Assembly (NCBI RefSeq): GCF_016026235.1
Contig: NZ_CP065613.1
Source: Escherichia coli
GTDB taxonomy: Bacteria; Pseudomonadota; Gammaproteobacteria; Enterobacterales; Enterobacteriaceae
Strand: one strand, 5' to 3'
DNA: 64,000 nt
The position numbers and the translations under genes are program-made. A model generated the notes under the pieces. It had not been told where the DNA came from and ran no database searches. It worked only from the letters and a program-made list of their open reading frames with translations. Below are positions 41,706 through 53,576 of the stretch, one piece after another; positions within the stretch are counted from its first letter, which is position 1, and each line of letters starts with the position of its first letter.

Positions 41706-44007
41706 GTGTCAGTTCCGGGCCGTTGTATTTTTCTAGCCATGCCAGCGCCGTATTACCCGCACAGCCATTCCCCAGCCGCGAGCTGGGGAGATCTTTGGTC
41801 AGCACGTTCACTGCGCCGTTTTTACAAATACCGTCAGCGGTTAAATCCAGATCCGGCCATGCCCCTTCGTGAATGCAAATCACGCCAGGTTTAATTCCCT
41901 CGCTAATGACCGCTCCGGCAAGAATTTGCCCGCGTGAGTTCCACAGCCGAACAGTATCGCCATCTTGTATGCCGCGCGCCTGGGCATCGTCAGGATGAAT
42001 GGTGACAGGCTCACGGTTTGCCACCGCGTACAATTCGCGCAGAGAACTGTAATTCAGCTGGCTGTGCAGACGATGCGCCGGATGAGCAGAAAGTACCTGT
42101 AACTGTTCCGGTTCGGCATTGCCCTGCCATTCGTCCGGCACCAGCCACATTGGATGCCCCGGGCAATCCGGATAAGCGTAATCGGCAATACGCTGCGAGA
42201 AGATTTCAATCTTACCGCTGGCGGTTTTTAATGGATGCGCCTGCGGATCGCGGCAAAAATCAGCGAAGCGAATAAACCGCTCGCTGTCCGGGTTTTCCGG
42301 CATCTCAATTAACTGATTGGCTTGCCAGAACTCAGCAAATGGCGGCAATTCAACCTGCTGGCTTGCCCCGCGCTGTCGGGCAACGTTATAAAACGTTTCC
42401 AGCCATTGCAGCTCACTTTTTCCTTCCGTAAAACGTGCATAACCGCCCTTCTCCCAGCGTTCACTTAACTCGGCAAAAACATCAAAATCATTACGCGCTT
42501 CATAGCGTGGCGGCACCACTTGCTTCATCGGCACCAGATGCTGATTACTGTAATCACCGGTCATGGTGAGATCATTACGCTCAAAAGAGGTAGTCGCAGG
42601 CAGAACGATATCCGCGTGTTTTGCCGCCGCCGTCCAGAAGCATTCAGAGATCACCACCAGCTCCGGTTTTTGCCAGGCACGGATCAGGCGATTGGTATCC
42701 TGATGATGAGTAAAGTTGGCACCGCCCGCCCACCAGATAAAACGAATATCCGGGAAATGTCGGTTCATACCGTTGTGTTGATATGCGCCACCAGGGTTTT
42801 CCAGTGCTTCAACAATGCGGGCGACAGGGATTTTATCTACCGCATCGCAGCCACCCGGCAAGCTGCCCTGCATGGAAGAGAGTACCGCAGCGCGCCGCGT
42901 GGGGTTACCACCATTGGCAAAATGGTAAGAAAGACCAAAACCGCCGCCGGGTGTGCCGATTTGCCCCAACATTGCTGCCAGCGTGACGATCATCCAGTGT
43001 TTTTGCTCACCAAACTGTTGGCGCTGCATTCCCCAGCCTGCCATCAGCATGGTGGTATTTTGGTGGAAAATAGCCGCCAGCTCGCGGATTTTCGCTGCGC
43101 CAACACCACAAATCTCTGCCGCCCATTCGGCGTTTTTCGCTATTCCGTCACTCTCGCCCAGCAAATAAGAGGCGAAGACGGCATAACCTGTGGTGCAACG
43201 CGCCAGAAACGCTTCGTCGTGCCAACCATTTTCCACCAGCGTATGGGCGATCCCCAGCATCAGCGCAACATCGGTGCCCATGTGCGGTGCCACCCACTCC
43301 ATTTTATCGCCAAAGAAATCGACGGTTTCCGATCGCATTGGATCAATGCAGATCAGCTTTTTCCCGCTGTCCCGCAGTGCAGAAAAGTAAGAAAGCCCCT
43401 GCTCATCGGATGCATTCCACGCAATTTTCAGCGTATTGAGTGGGTTAGCACTCCACAGCACCACGACATCGCTATGTTCCAGCACCAGCGGCCAACTGGT
43501 CTGCTGTTGATAAACTTCACTACCACCCACGACATACGGCATGATCGCCTGTGCCGCGCCGGTCGAATAATCCCCCAGATGCCCGGTATAACCGCCTGCC
43601 AGCGCCATATAGCGTTGTAATAATGTCGAGGCCTTATGCAGCACGCCGTTTGAACGCCAGCCGTAGGAACCAGCAAAAATCGATGCCGGACCATAAGCCT
43701 CACGAATGCGTTTATGTTGTTGGTGAATAAGATCCAGCGCCTCATCCCAACTCACGCGAACAAATTCATCCTGCCCACGAATGCCTTGCGGGTTTTCCGG
43801 TGACGCGAGAAAGCCTTTGCGCACCATTGGAAATCGTACCCGCGTATTGCTGTGAACCTGGTCGCGAACCGCGCTCTGCAAGGAGTTTTCCATTCCTGTG
43901 GCTAACGCGCCACGCGAGCTAAACACGGTTTCGCCGTCGGTTTCAACCAGCATGGGCCCCCAATGGGCGGCAGTCAGAACGGAATATCGTGAGGATGAGT
44001 TGGCCAA
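41674..44007 (-). CDS. bisC: Biotin sulfoxide reductase (molybdopterin oxidoreductase)
   Basis: 777-aa ORF matching BisC; its 3' end overlaps yiaC convergently by 32 bp. Confidence 0.93.
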   Translation of the reverse strand: MANSSSRYSVLTAAHWGPMLVETDGETVFSSRGALATGMENSLQSAVRDQVHSNTRVRFPMVRKGFLASPENPQGIRGQDEFVRVSWDEALDLIHQQHKRIREAYGPASIFAGSYGWRSNGVLHKASTLLQRYMALAGGYTGHLGDYSTGAAQAIMPYVVGGSEVYQQQTSWPLVLEHSDVVVLWSANPLNTLKIAWNASDEQGLSYFSALRDSGKKLICIDPMRSETVDFFGDKMEWVAPHMGTDVALMLGIAHTLVENGWHDEAFLARCTTGYAVFASYLLGESDGIAKNAEWAAEICGVGAAKIRELAAIFHQNTTMLMAGWGMQRQQFGEQKHWMIVTLAAMLGQIGTPGGGFGLSYHFANGGNPTRRAAVLSSMQGSLPGGCDAVDKIPVARIVEALENPGGAYQHNGMNRHFPDIRFIWWAGGANFTHHQDTNRLIRAWQKPELVVISECFWTAAAKHADIVLPATTSFERNDLTMTGDYSNQHLVPMKQVVPPRYEARNDFDVFAELSERWEKGGYARFTEGKSELQWLETFYNVARQRGASQQVELPPFAEFWQANQLIEMPENPDSERFIRFADFCRDPQAHPLKTASGKIEIFSQRIADYAYPDCPGHPMWLVPDEWQGNAEPEQLQVLSAHPAHRLHSQLNYSSLRELYAVANREPVTIHPDDAQARGIQDGDTVRLWNSRGQILAGAVISEGIKPGVICIHEGAWPDLDLTADGICKNGAVNVLTKDLPSSRLGNGCAGNTALAWLEKYNGPELTLTAFEPPASS

Positions 44008-44159
44008 ACCGAAGACTCCTGAAAGGTTAGATGTATTGAGCAGTTAAATATTACTTACAAATTTCCGAGTATTCCCAGGAATAATCTTCATGTTCACGCG
44101 GCATAATCTCCCGCCACGGAACCCGTGGCAAAGAATAAAAAGGTTATTAAGGATTAACA

Positions 44160-44819
44160 ATGAAGAAACGTGTTTATCTTATTGCCGCCGTAGTGAGTGG
44201 CGCTCTGGCGGTATCTGGCTGCACAACTAACCCTTACACCGGCGAACGCGAAGCAGGTAAATCTGCTATCGGCGCAGGTCTGGGCTCTCTCGTGGGCGCG
44301 GGTATTGGTGCGCTCTCTTCTTCGAAGAAAGATCGCGGTAAAGGCGCGCTGATTGGCGCAGCAGCAGGCGCAGCTCTGGGCGGCGGCGTTGGTTATTACA
44401 TGGATGTGCAGGAAGCGAAGCTGCGTGACAAAATGCGCGGCACTGGTGTTAGCGTAACCCGCAGCGGGGATAACATTATCCTCAATATGCCGAACAACGT
44501 GACCTTCGACAGCAGCAGCGCGACCCTGAAACCTGCGGGCGCTAACACCCTGACCGGCGTGGCAATGGTGCTGAAAGAGTATCCGAAAACGGCGGTTAAC
44601 GTGATTGGTTATACCGACAGCACGGGTGGTCACGACCTGAACATGCGTCTCTCCCAGCAACGTGCGGATTCCGTTGCCAGCGCGTTGATCACCCAGGGCG
44701 TGGACGCCAGCCGCATCCGTACTCAGGGCCTTGGCCCGGCTAACCCAATCGCCAGCAACAGCACCGCAGAAGGTAAGGCGCAAAACCGCCGTGTAGAAAT
44801 TACCTTAAGCCCGCTGTAA
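44160..44819 (+). CDS. yiaD: OmpA-family outer-membrane lipoprotein
   Basis: 219-aa ORF with a lipoprotein signal (LAVSGC), a glycine-zipper region and a C-terminal OmpA-like domain; matches YiaD. Confidence 0.9.
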   Translation: MKKRVYLIAAVVSGALAVSGCTTNPYTGEREAGKSAIGAGLGSLVGAGIGALSSSKKDRGKGALIGAAAGAALGGGVGYYMDVQEAKLRDKMRGTGVSVTRSGDNIILNMPNNVTFDSSSATLKPAGANTLTGVAMVLKEYPKTAVNVIGYTDSTGGHDLNMRLSQQRADSVASALITQGVDASRIRTQGLGPANPIASNSTAEGKAQNRRVEITLSPL

Positions 44820-44922
44820 TCCCTTTCATGCCAGGTGATGCAGAAATCACCTGGCATTCTTCAGTTTTCCTTCATCATATTTCAGGCTAAGGTGATCGCC
44901 TTATCAGTGAATGGAGAGAAGC

Positions 44923-45897
44923 ATGAAGCCGTCCGTTATCCTCTACAAAGCCTTACCTGATGATTTACTGCAACGCCTGCAAGAGCATTTCACCGTTCAC
45001 CAGGTGGCAAACCTCAGCCCACAAACCGTCGAACAAAATGCAGCAATTTTTGCCGAAGCTGAAGGTTTACTGGGTTCAAACGAGAATGTAGATGCCGCAT
45101 TGCTGGAAAAAATGCCGAAACTGCGTGCCACATCAACGATCTCCGTCGGCTATGACAATTTTGATGTCGATGCGCTTACCGCCCGAAAAATTCTGCTGAT
45201 GCACACGCCAACCGTATTAACAGAAACCGTCGCCGATACGCTGATGGCGCTGGTGTTGTCTACCGCTCGTCGGGTTGTGGAGGTAGCAGAACGGGTAAAA
45301 GCAGGCGAATGGACCGCGAGCATAGGCCCGGACTGGTACGGCACTGACGTTCACCATAAAACACTGGGCATTGTCGGGATGGGACGGATCGGCATGGCGC
45401 TGGCACAACGTGCGCACTTTGGCTTCAACATGCCCATCCTCTATAACGCGCGCCGCCACCATAAAGAAGCAGAAGAACGCTTCAACGCCCGCTACTGCGA
45501 TTTGGATACTCTGTTACAAGAGTCAGATTTCGTTTGCCTGATCCTGCCGTTAACTGATGAGACGCATCATCTGTTTGGCGCAGAACAATTCGCCAAAATG
45601 AAATCCTCCGCCATTTTCATTAATGCCGGACGTGGCCCGGTGGTTGACGAAAATGCACTGATCGCAGCATTGCAGAAAGGGGAAATTCACGCCGCCGGGC
45701 TGGATGTCTTCGAACAAGAGCCACTGTCCGTAGATTCGCCGTTGCTCTCAATGGCCAACGTCGTCGCAGTACCGCATATTGGATCTGCCACCCATGAGAC
45801 GCGTTATGGCATGGCCGCCTGTGCCGTGGATAATTTGATTGATGCGTTACAAGGAAAGGTTGAGAAGAACTGTGTGAATCCGCACGTCGCGGACTAA
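44923..45897 (+). CDS. ghrB: Glyoxylate/hydroxypyruvate reductase B (2-ketoaldonate reductase)
   Basis: ORF track starts at 44911; trimmed to the MKPSVILYK start (ATG verified at 44923) gives 324 aa. NAD-binding GxGxxG (GIVGMGRIG) present. Confidence 0.92.
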   Translation: MKPSVILYKALPDDLLQRLQEHFTVHQVANLSPQTVEQNAAIFAEAEGLLGSNENVDAALLEKMPKLRATSTISVGYDNFDVDALTARKILLMHTPTVLTETVADTLMALVLSTARRVVEVAERVKAGEWTASIGPDWYGTDVHHKTLGIVGMGRIGMALAQRAHFGFNMPILYNARRHHKEAEERFNARYCDLDTLLQESDFVCLILPLTDETHHLFGAEQFAKMKSSAIFINAGRGPVVDENALIAALQKGEIHAAGLDVFEQEPLSVDSPLLSMANVVAVPHIGSATHETRYGMAACAVDNLIDALQGKVEKNCVNPHVAD

Positions 45898-45916
45898 GCC
45901 GCGACTGCGTGGAGTA

Positions 45917-45945
45917 AAGCCCGATAATCGCTCGGGCTTTTACTC
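45917..45945. terminator. Putative bidirectional terminator between ghrB and yiaF
   Basis: Hairpin AAAGCCCGA-taatcgc-TCGGGCTTT followed by a T-rich tract, between convergent genes. Confidence 0.5.
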
Positions 45946-45946
45946 T

Positions 45947-46657
45947 TTATTGGGTTGCAGTAACTGCTGTAGTCCAGGCCTGATTAAACGCCTGATGTTG
46001 TGCCGGTAATGGCGCAATCAGTTTGTTATATTCACTTGCCTGCTGTGAAGTCGGGAACTGGATGCCATTTGCTACAAAGCTCACCTGAGTACCTTGTTGG
46101 GCAATGTAGTCTCCAACCATCACCAGTTGTTGCGTGAAAGTTTGTGCCGCCGGAATCAACGGTTGCAATGCATCAGCTGGCGTCGTTACCACTTTGGTGA
46201 ATGCCTGATCAAAGACCGGTTTCAGGTCATCACTCTGTTTTAGCGCAGAGTGCGCAGCATCGGCCTGCAACTTCGCATTTTGCAGTTGTTGCGCCAGCAC
46301 ACCCAGCGAACCATTCATTTCACGCAGCGGACCGCTTTGCGTAACGTAATCCTGCGGTACGCGAATTGCGTTAACGCTGTCTACAACCGGGCGCAGACCG
46401 GAATCCATCGCCTGATTCACCTGCTGAGAATAACCATACAGAATCGCGTAATCAGAGACAAAAGGACCAAACTGTTTTTTCTGATCGGCAGTCAGGGTTG
46501 GTAGACGTTCACCGCTACGCATCACTGTATTCTGCAGGAAGTCGATAAACGCTTTACGCTGATCGCCTTCTTTATCAAAACACCCACTCAGGCTAACTAC
46601 CATTAATAACGCCGCAAGAGGCGCAAACCAGCGAGAGCAGGACTTTCCTGTCGCCAT
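45947..46657 (-). CDS. yiaF: Putative lipoprotein
   Basis: ORF track gives 276 aa; trimmed to the MATGKSCSRWFAPLAALLMVVSLSGC start (ATG verified at 46655-46657) gives 236 aa, matching YiaF. Confidence 0.85.
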   Translation of the reverse strand: MATGKSCSRWFAPLAALLMVVSLSGCFDKEGDQRKAFIDFLQNTVMRSGERLPTLTADQKKQFGPFVSDYAILYGYSQQVNQAMDSGLRPVVDSVNAIRVPQDYVTQSGPLREMNGSLGVLAQQLQNAKLQADAAHSALKQSDDLKPVFDQAFTKVVTTPADALQPLIPAAQTFTQQLVMVGDYIAQQGTQVSFVANGIQFPTSQQASEYNKLIAPLPAQHQAFNQAWTTAVTATQ

Positions 46658-47090
46658 TTTCTTACTCCTTTCACCCAAAAAAAGCGCACAACGACACACG
46701 CGTGTCTGACGTGACAAGGATAGTCCAGGACAGGCTTGCAGGATACCCTTTCTACGTAATCTTCCTGGTAAAATCATGGAGAAAATGAAACAAGGTTAAT
46801 TTGTTGTTTCATTGTTAAAAAATGATATTGCCGTTGCCTTTTTTGTAGCCCGAGATTTACGCCTTCGCAGAACGTTAGATTTTCGAAATCTTTACAAACC
46901 GGGAGTGGTAAGAAATATATCGGCATTTATCAGATCGTTAGGTGGCTATAAGTCACGCTAAATGACTGGCTGAATCGAATCATAGCCAGAGCATGCCCTG
47001 ACTTCACCCCGCTGTGTCTGCTTTTCCCGACTATTCTTAATGAGCTTCGATGCAATTCACGATCCCGCAGTGTGATTTGAGGAGTTTTCA

Positions 47091-47381
47091 ATGGAATATA
47101 AAGATCCAATGCATGAGCTGTTGAGCAGCCTGGAACAGATTGTTTTTAAAGATGAAACGCAGAAAATTACCCTGACGCACAGAACAACGTCCTGTACCGA
47201 AATTGAGCAGTTACGAAAAGGGACAGGGTTAAAAATCGATGATTTCGCCCGGGTTTTGGGCGTATCAGTCGCCATGGTAAAGGAATGGGAATCCAGACGC
47301 GTGAAGCCTTCAAGTGCCGAACTAAAATTGATGCGTTTGATTCAAGCCAACCCGGCATTAAGTAAGCAGTTGATGGAATAG
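47091..47381 (+). CDS. yiaG: HTH (XRE-like) transcriptional regulator
   Basis: 96-aa ORF matching YiaG. Confidence 0.85.
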   Translation: MEYKDPMHELLSSLEQIVFKDETQKITLTHRTTSCTEIEQLRKGTGLKIDDFARVLGVSVAMVKEWESRRVKPSSAELKLMRLIQANPALSKQLME

Positions 47382-47465
47382 ACTTTTATCCACTTTATTG
47401 CTGTTTACGGTCCTGATGACAGGACCGTTTTCCAACCGATTAATCATAAATATGAAAAATAATTG

Positions 47466-47494
47466 TTGCATCACCCGCCAATGCGTGGCTTAAT
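47466..47494 (+). promoter_or_regulatory. cspA promoter (-35 TTGCAT, 17-bp spacer, -10 CTTAAT)
   Basis: Hexamers with canonical spacing, positioned so that transcription would start near 47503, which gives the known 159-nt cspA leader. Confidence 0.6.
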
Positions 47495-47502
47495 GCACAT
47501 CA

Positions 47503-47661
47503 ACGGTTTGACGTACAGACCATTAAAGCAGTGTAGTAAGGCAAGTCCCTTCAAGAGTTATCGTTGATACCCCTCGTAGTGCACATTCCTTTAACGCTTC
47601 AAAATCTGTAAAGCACGCCATATCGCCGAAAGGCACACTTAATTATTAAAGGTAATACACT
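47503..47661 (+). promoter_or_regulatory. cspA 159-nt 5' UTR (cold-box / RNA thermosensor leader)
   Basis: The sequence from ACGGTTTGACGTACAGACC to the ATG matches the cspA leader I recall, including the cold-box motif TGACGTACAGA; the ATG lies exactly 159 nt downstream. Confidence 0.75.
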
Positions 47662-47874
47662 ATGTCCGGTAAAATGACTGGTATCGTAAAATGGTTCAAC
47701 GCTGACAAAGGCTTCGGCTTCATCACTCCTGACGATGGCTCTAAAGACGTGTTCGTACACTTCTCTGCTATCCAGAACGATGGTTACAAATCTCTGGACG
47801 AAGGTCAGAAAGTGTCCTTCACCATCGAAAGCGGCGCTAAAGGCCCGGCAGCTGGTAACGTAACCAGCCTGTAA
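47662..47874 (+). CDS. cspA: Major cold-shock protein CspA
   Basis: 70-aa [73 protein letters not shown], which matches CspA as I recall it. Confidence 0.97.
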
Positions 47875-47901
47875 TCTCTGCTTAAAAGCACAGAATCTAA
47901 G

Positions 47902-47931
47902 ATCCCTGCCATTTGGCGGGGATTTTTTTAT
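47902..47931 (+). terminator. cspA rho-independent terminator
   Basis: Hairpin ATCCCTGCC-ATTT-GGCGGGGAT (one G·U pair) followed by TTTTTTTA. Confidence 0.7.
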
Positions 47932-48061
47932 TTGTTTTTCAGGAAATAAATAATCGATCGCGTAATAAAATCTAGTATTATTTTTGTGAAAAATAAATTT
48001 GGGTGCAATGAGAATGCGCAACGCCGTAAGAAAGGCGGGAATAACTTCCCGCCGAAGACTC

Positions 48062-48214
48062 TTACTCTTTTAAATTGCAGGCTAAAAATGCCGCCAGCTC
48101 ATAACTCCCCTGTTTAATATGCAATTCACACAGTGAATCTCTTATCATCCAGGTGAAAAATAAAAGCGTGAAACAAATCACTATTAAAGAAAGTAATCTA
48201 TATTTCTGCGGCAT
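48062..48214 (-). CDS. hokA: Hok-family type I toxin (HokA)
   Basis: 50-aa peptide MPQKYRLLSLIVICFTLLFFTWMIRDSLCELHIKQGSYELAAFLACNLKE (ATG verified at 48212-48214); the ORF-track 70-aa entry is an in-frame upstream extension. No IS element nearby. Confidence 0.85.
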   Translation of the reverse strand: MPQKYRLLSLIVICFTLLFFTWMIRDSLCELHIKQGSYELAAFLACNLKE

Positions 48215-48502
48215 TCCCAGCCCCCTGTGTTGATTTCCAACGAGTAAGAGGCTAACCTTATGGTGTTCAGGCATAGGGTAGCCTCACTTTGATTTATAGT
48301 CAGGTGGGGCTTTTCTCTGTCTGCCTTTCGGTGAATACCTGAGACAAACAGTCTCAAGCACCCGTGGCTATTCTAGCTTAATAAGTTTGTTTCTTCTCCT
48401 TGATATAATCCTAAAAAAACCTCATAAAATTAATATATGAGATAATCTTTATTCAGCAGAAGATTATTAAAGGTTGCTGTATTATTTAGCGATAATAAAA
48501 AA

Positions 48503-48527
48503 AGCCTGCCAGATGGCAGGCTTTTTA
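48503..48527. terminator. glyS rho-independent terminator (bidirectional hairpin)
   Basis: AGCCTGCC-AGAT-GGCAGGCT flanked by A-run and T-run, 13-20 bp downstream of the glyS stop. Confidence 0.7.
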
Positions 48528-48539
48528 ATAACGGCGTTA

Positions 48540-50609
48540 TTACTGCAACAGCGAAATATCCGCAACGCGCAGGAACAGTTCGCGCAGTTTCTCCAGCATG
48601 GTCAGACGGTTGATACGCAATTCTTTGTCATCAACCATTACCATCACTTTATCGAAGAAAGCATCAACCGGTTCACGCAGCTCAGCCAGTTCGACCAGCG
48701 CATCCTGGTAACGACCTTCCGCAAAGTACGGCTCCAGCTTGTCACGTAGCACCACAACCTGCATCGCCAGTTTAATTTCTTCCGGCTCTTTCAGGGTAGA
48801 GGCATTCACGCGATCGCTCAGCACTTCGTCAGATTTCGCCAAAATGTTGGAGACACGCTTGTTCGCCGCCGCCAGTGCAGCAGCTGCTTCAAGGGTACGG
48901 AAGTGCGATACCGCTTTCATGCGGGCATCGAAATCAGCCGGACGAGTCGGACGACGCGCCAGTACCGCCTGGATGGTGTCAACGGTATAACCTTCGTCCT
49001 GATACCAGGCGCGGAAGCGACCGAGCATAAAGTCGATAACATCATCAACTACGTTGGCATTAGTCAGCTTATCGCCATACAGACGCACCGCTTCTTCGGT
49101 TAGCGTTTGCAGATCAAGGTTGAGGTTCTTCTCAACGATAATTCGCAGCACGCCAAGTGCGGCACGACGCAGCGCAAACGGGTCTTTGTCGCCTTTCGGA
49201 TGCTGACCGATACCGAAGATACCCGCCAGAGTATCCATCTTATCAGCAATCGCCAGCGCACAAGCTACCGGGTTGGACGGCAGGTCATCACCGGCAAAGC
49301 GCGGCTGATACTGCTCATTCAGCGCGACGGCTACGTCTTCCGCTTCGCCATCGTGACGCGCGTAGTGCATCCCCATAACGCCCTGGGTGTCGGTGAACTC
49401 GAAGACCATGTTGGTCATCAGGTCACACTTAGACAGCAGGCCCGCACGGGTTGCGTGGTTAACGTCAGCGCCAATCTGTTCGGCGATCCAGCCAGCCAGC
49501 GCCTGGATGCGGTCAGTCTTGTCACGCAGCGTACCCAGCTGTTGCTGGAACAGCACGGTTTGCAGGCGCGGCAGGTTATCTTCCAGACGTTTTTTGCGGT
49601 CGGTGTTGAAGAAGAACTCGGCATCAGCCAGACGTGGACGAACGACTTTCTCGTTACCAGAGATAATTTGCTGCGGATCTTTCGATTCGATGTTGGCAAC
49701 GAAGATAAAGTTCGGCAGCAGTTTGCCGTCGTTCGCATACACCGGGAAGTACTTCTGGTCACCTTTCATGGTGTAAACCAGGGCTTCAGCCGGCACCGCG
49801 AGGAATTTCTCTTCAAATTTCGCGGTTAGAACGACCGGCCACTCCACCAGCGAAGCCACTTCTTCCAGCAGGCTTTCGCTTAAGTCAGCGTTACCGCCAA
49901 TCTTACGCGCTGCTTCTTCGGCATCGGCTTTAATCTTCGCTTTACGTTCTTCGTAATCGGCGATGACTTTCCCGCGCTCACGCAGAATTTCCGGATACTG
50001 ATCGGCGTTGTCGATGGTGAATTCCGGTTCGCCCATAAAGCGGTGGCCGCGAATCACGCGATCGGACTGAATGCCCAGAATGGTTGCCGGAATGACTTTG
50101 TCGCCCAGCAGCAGGGTCACGGTGTGCACCGGACGCACGAAGTGCACGTCGCTTGCACCCCAGCGCATCAGTTTCGGAATCGGCAGTTTCGCCAGCGAAG
50201 TCGCAACCATATTCGGCAGCAGTGCTTCGGTGCTTTCGCCCTTCACGTGGGCGCGATACAGCAGCCATTCGCCTTTATCGGTAGTCAGACGCTCAGCCTG
50301 GTCAACGGTAATACCGCAACCACGCGCCCAACCTTCTGCCGCTTTGCTCGGTTTGCCTTCAGCGTCGAACGCCTGGGCAATCGCCGGGCCGCGTTTTTCG
50401 ATTTCACGATCCGGTTGCGCTTCCGCCAGGTTAGCTACTTTCAGCGCCAGACGACGCGGAGCAGCAAACCATTGAACGGTGCCGTGTGCGAGGCCTGCGT
50501 TATCCAGCTCCGCAGTAAAGTTCGCAGCAAAGGACTCTGCCAGGCTGCGCAGTGCTTTTGGTGGCAGCTCTTCAGTGCCGATTTCCACCAGAAAAGTTTT
50601 CTCAGACAT
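48540..50609 (-). CDS. glyS: Glycine--tRNA ligase beta subunit
   Basis: 689-aa ORF matching GlyS. Confidence 0.95.
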   Translation of the reverse strand: MSEKTFLVEIGTEELPPKALRSLAESFAANFTAELDNAGLAHGTVQWFAAPRRLALKVANLAEAQPDREIEKRGPAIAQAFDAEGKPSKAAEGWARGCGITVDQAERLTTDKGEWLLYRAHVKGESTEALLPNMVATSLAKLPIPKLMRWGASDVHFVRPVHTVTLLLGDKVIPATILGIQSDRVIRGHRFMGEPEFTIDNADQYPEILRERGKVIADYEERKAKIKADAEEAARKIGGNADLSESLLEEVASLVEWPVVLTAKFEEKFLAVPAEALVYTMKGDQKYFPVYANDGKLLPNFIFVANIESKDPQQIISGNEKVVRPRLADAEFFFNTDRKKRLEDNLPRLQTVLFQQQLGTLRDKTDRIQALAGWIAEQIGADVNHATRAGLLSKCDLMTNMVFEFTDTQGVMGMHYARHDGEAEDVAVALNEQYQPRFAGDDLPSNPVACALAIADKMDTLAGIFGIGQHPKGDKDPFALRRAALGVLRIIVEKNLNLDLQTLTEEAVRLYGDKLTNANVVDDVIDFMLGRFRAWYQDEGYTVDTIQAVLARRPTRPADFDARMKAVSHFRTLEAAAALAAANKRVSNILAKSDEVLSDRVNASTLKEPEEIKLAMQVVVLRDKLEPYFAEGRYQDALVELAELREPVDAFFDKVMVMVDDKELRINRLTMLEKLRELFLRVADISLLQ

Positions 50610-50618
50610 AGCCGCCTC

Positions 50619-51530
50619 TTACTTATCTTTGTTGCACATCGGGAAGCCGAGGGCTTCACGGGAAGCGTAATATGCTTCTGCCACTGCTTTGGTCAGGGTG
50701 CGAATGCGCAGAATGTAGCGCTGACGCTCGGTGACGGAGATGGCTTTACGCGCATCCAGCAGGTTGAAGCTGTGGGCGGCTTTCAGAATACGCTCGTAAG
50801 CTGGCAGCGGCAGCGGATTTTCCAGCGCCAGCAGCTGCTGCGCTTCTTTCTCGTACTGCTCAAAGCAGGTGAACAGGAAGTCCACATCCGCGTATTCGAA
50901 GTTGTAAGTGGACTGCTCCACTTCGTTCTGATGGAACACGTCGCCGTAGGTGGTTTTACCCAGCGGGCCGTCGCTCCAGACCAGGTCGTAAACGCTGTCT
51001 ACGCCCTGAATGTACATGGCCAGACGTTCCAGACCGTAGGTGATCTCGCCGGTAACCGGTTTACACTCCAGACCACCAACCTGCTGGAAGTAAGTGAACT
51101 GCGTCACTTCCATGCCGTTTAGCCACACTTCCCAGCCCAGTCCCCAGGCACCCAGCGTCGGGTTTTCCCAGTTATCTTCCACGAAACGGATATCGTGGAT
51201 AGTCGGGTCCATGCCCAGCTCTTTCAGAGAACCAAGGTACAGCTCCTGAATATTGTCCGGCGATGGCTTAATGACCACCTGGAACTGATAGTAGTGCTGT
51301 AAACGGTTGGGGTTTTCGCCGTAGCGACCATCGGTCGGGCGACGAGAAGGCTGAACATAAGCAGCCGCCATCGGTTCTGGCCCCAGCGCGCGCAGACAGG
51401 TCATTGGGTGAGAGGTTCCCGCGCCGACTTCCATGTCCAATGGTTGAACAATGGTGCAGCCCTGGCGAGCCCAGTAATCCTGTAAGGTCAGGATCAAGCC
51501 CTGGAAGGTCCTGGTATCAAACTTTTGCAT
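50619..51530 (-). CDS. glyQ: Glycine--tRNA ligase alpha subunit
   Basis: 303-aa ORF matching GlyQ; 9-bp spacer to glyS. Confidence 0.95.
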
Positions 51531-51624
51531 ATTATTTCGTGCTGGATACGTGTGGATTTAAAGGAAGGGATCAGTATACCCGCTGGATGGAAGATATACA
51601 GTACGAAACGTGAAAAAGCAGGGC

Positions 51625-51924
51625 TTAACGCATGGAAAGATGCAAAAAATGGCCATCTGCGTCAAAAGAACAGACAAACTGCTCTTTACGGAAGGTATAA
51701 CCGCGCATTTCATAGCTTCCCTGGAACTGTTCGAAGGCGGTGACGTCGATTTTTTGCTCGCCGGTGTTATAACGTTTTGCCGCCTGATCCTTGCATAACG
51801 CTTCCATATTCAACGAACGCAGAGGATCAACCTTTACCCGTTGTGCTTTCTGCACGGGTGACGGTGTAGAACAACCCACTAGCACCATAAGCGCCATTGC
51901 CGGAAAGAAAGAGTTCATCATCAT
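51625..51924 (-). CDS. ysaB: Putative lipoprotein
   Basis: ORF track gives 110 aa; trimmed to MMMNSFFPAMALMVLVGC (ATG verified at 51922-51924) gives 99 aa with a lipobox. Confidence 0.8.
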   Translation of the reverse strand: MMMNSFFPAMALMVLVGCSTPSPVQKAQRVKVDPLRSLNMEALCKDQAAKRYNTGEQKIDVTAFEQFQGSYEMRGYTFRKEQFVCSFDADGHFLHLSMR

Positions 51925-52098
51925 TAAATTACCGTCTGGTTTGCAGGTGAGTCTCATTATTTATATCGGTATAGTGGCTGATATCTTACGAATTTCCTTA
52001 AGCCTCTATAAGCTGTAGTGTTAAAACTCAGATTATTCCAGTGCGCCAACTGAATGATTTATCGGTCAGACTTTTTTTAACCAGATACAGAGACACAG

Positions 52099-53094
52099 AT
52101 GCAGCCCAAAATTTACTGGATTGATAACCTGCGAGGGATAGCGTGTTTAATGGTGGTGATGATTCACACCACTACCTGGTATGTGACCAATGCTCATAGT
52201 GTTAGCCCCGTCACCTGGGATATCGCCAATGTTCTGAACTCTGCCTCTCGTGTCAGCGTGCCGCTATTTTTCATGATTTCCGGCTATCTCTTTTTTGGCG
52301 AACGCAGCGCCCAGCCGCGCCATTTCTTGCGTATCGGCTTATGTCTGTTTTTTTATAGCGCAATCGCGCTGCTCTACATTGCACTGTTTACCTCCATTAA
52401 TGTGGAGTTAGCGCTGAAAAACCTGCTGCAAAAGCCAGTGTTTTACCACTTATGGTTTTTCTTCGCGATTGCGGTGATTTATCTGGTTTCACCGCTGATT
52501 CAGGTGAAGAACGTCGGCGAAAAAATGTTGCTGGTGCTAATGGTGGTGATTGGTATCATCGCTAACCCAAACACCGTGCCGCAGAAAATCGACGGTTTTG
52601 AATGGCTGCCAATTAACTTATATATCAATGGCGATACTTTTTACTACATTCTGTATGGCATGTTGGGCCGCGCTATAGGGATGATGGACACACAGCATAA
52701 AGCACTGTCGTGGGTGAGCGCCGCACTGTTTGCGACGGGAGTTTTTATTATCTCTCGCGGGACATTATATGAATTGCAGTGGCGCGGAAATTTTGCCGAT
52801 ACCTGGTATCTTTACTGTGGGCCGATGGTTTTTATCTGCGCAATCGCGCTATTGACTCTGGTTAAAAACACGCTGGATACGCGTACCATTCGCGGACTTG
52901 GCTTAATCTCCCGCCATTCGTTGGGTATATACGGATTCCACGCCTTGATTATCCATGCGCTGCGCACCCGGGGAATTGAGCTTAAAAATTGGCCAATACT
53001 GGATATTATTTGGATTTTTTGCGCGACGTTGGCAGCGAGTTTGTTACTTTCTATGCTGGTACAACGAATCGACAGAAACAGATTAGTGAGTTAA
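52099..53094 (+). CDS. wecH: O-acetyltransferase (acyltransferase-3 family, inner membrane)
   Basis: 331-aa multi-pass ORF matching WecH (YiaH). Confidence 0.88.
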   Translation: MQPKIYWIDNLRGIACLMVVMIHTTTWYVTNAHSVSPVTWDIANVLNSASRVSVPLFFMISGYLFFGERSAQPRHFLRIGLCLFFYSAIALLYIALFTSINVELALKNLLQKPVFYHLWFFFAIAVIYLVSPLIQVKNVGEKMLLVLMVVIGIIANPNTVPQKIDGFEWLPINLYINGDTFYYILYGMLGRAIGMMDTQHKALSWVSAALFATGVFIISRGTLYELQWRGNFADTWYLYCGPMVFICAIALLTLVKNTLDTRTIRGLGLISRHSLGIYGFHALIIHALRTRGIELKNWPILDIIWIFCATLAASLLLSMLVQRIDRNRLVS

Positions 53095-53100
53095 GTAAAA

Positions 53101-53126
53101 GCCCGGTCACATTGGACTGACCGGGC
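53101..53126. terminator. Putative bidirectional terminator between wecH and yiaA
   Basis: Hairpin GCCCGGTCA-cattggac-TGACCGGGC between convergent genes; T-run on the minus-strand side. Confidence 0.45.
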
Positions 53127-53135
53127 TTACGTGAG

Positions 53136-53576
53136 TTATTCGCTGTATTCTTCCTGGGTAACCTGTGTTTCTTTTGGTGGGTTTATTCCGGCATCACGAA
53201 TATTTTTCTGCACCGCTACTGCACCAAACAAGCTTAAGAAGAAAGCCAGTCCATAAAAACCTTTTTCGCTGAGTAATAATGTCGCATTCCACAGACCTAC
53301 CATCAGTAATGCAACAGAGATAATAAAGACAGTCAGGCAGGTCATATAATAAATGGAAGTGGTCGGTATGCCTTCATACTTGTCCCGAACGGTCTTTTGA
53401 TAAGACGCCGCAGAAAACAGTCCTAATACCAGTACGGCAAAATAATATCCTTTTTCATTTAACTGCATCTCTGCATTCCATAGCCCTAACAGATAGGTAA
53501 CGATACCACCAACGAGAGCTATCCATGACACAATACTAAAGGCCGGTGAATAGGTTGATATTTTGTTGTCCATCAC
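53136..53576 (-). CDS. yiaA: Inner-membrane protein (YiaA/YiaB family)
   Basis: 146-aa ORF with four predicted TM segments; matches YiaA. The start may be the second Met. Confidence 0.85.

Noticed and set aside
42520-43620. 366-aa plus-strand ORF
   Set aside because: Antisense within bisC; spurious.
44154-44783. 209-aa minus-strand ORF
   Set aside because: Antisense to yiaD, which has a clear lipoprotein/OmpA-like sequence; spurious.
48062-48274. 70-aa ORF as a separate mokA gene
   Set aside because: It is an in-frame extension of hokA in the ORF track. The mok frame and Sok RNA could not be placed confidently without alignment, so only hokA is annotated.
49107-51122. 240-aa and 359-aa plus-strand ORFs
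   Set aside because: Antisense to glyS and glyQ; spurious.
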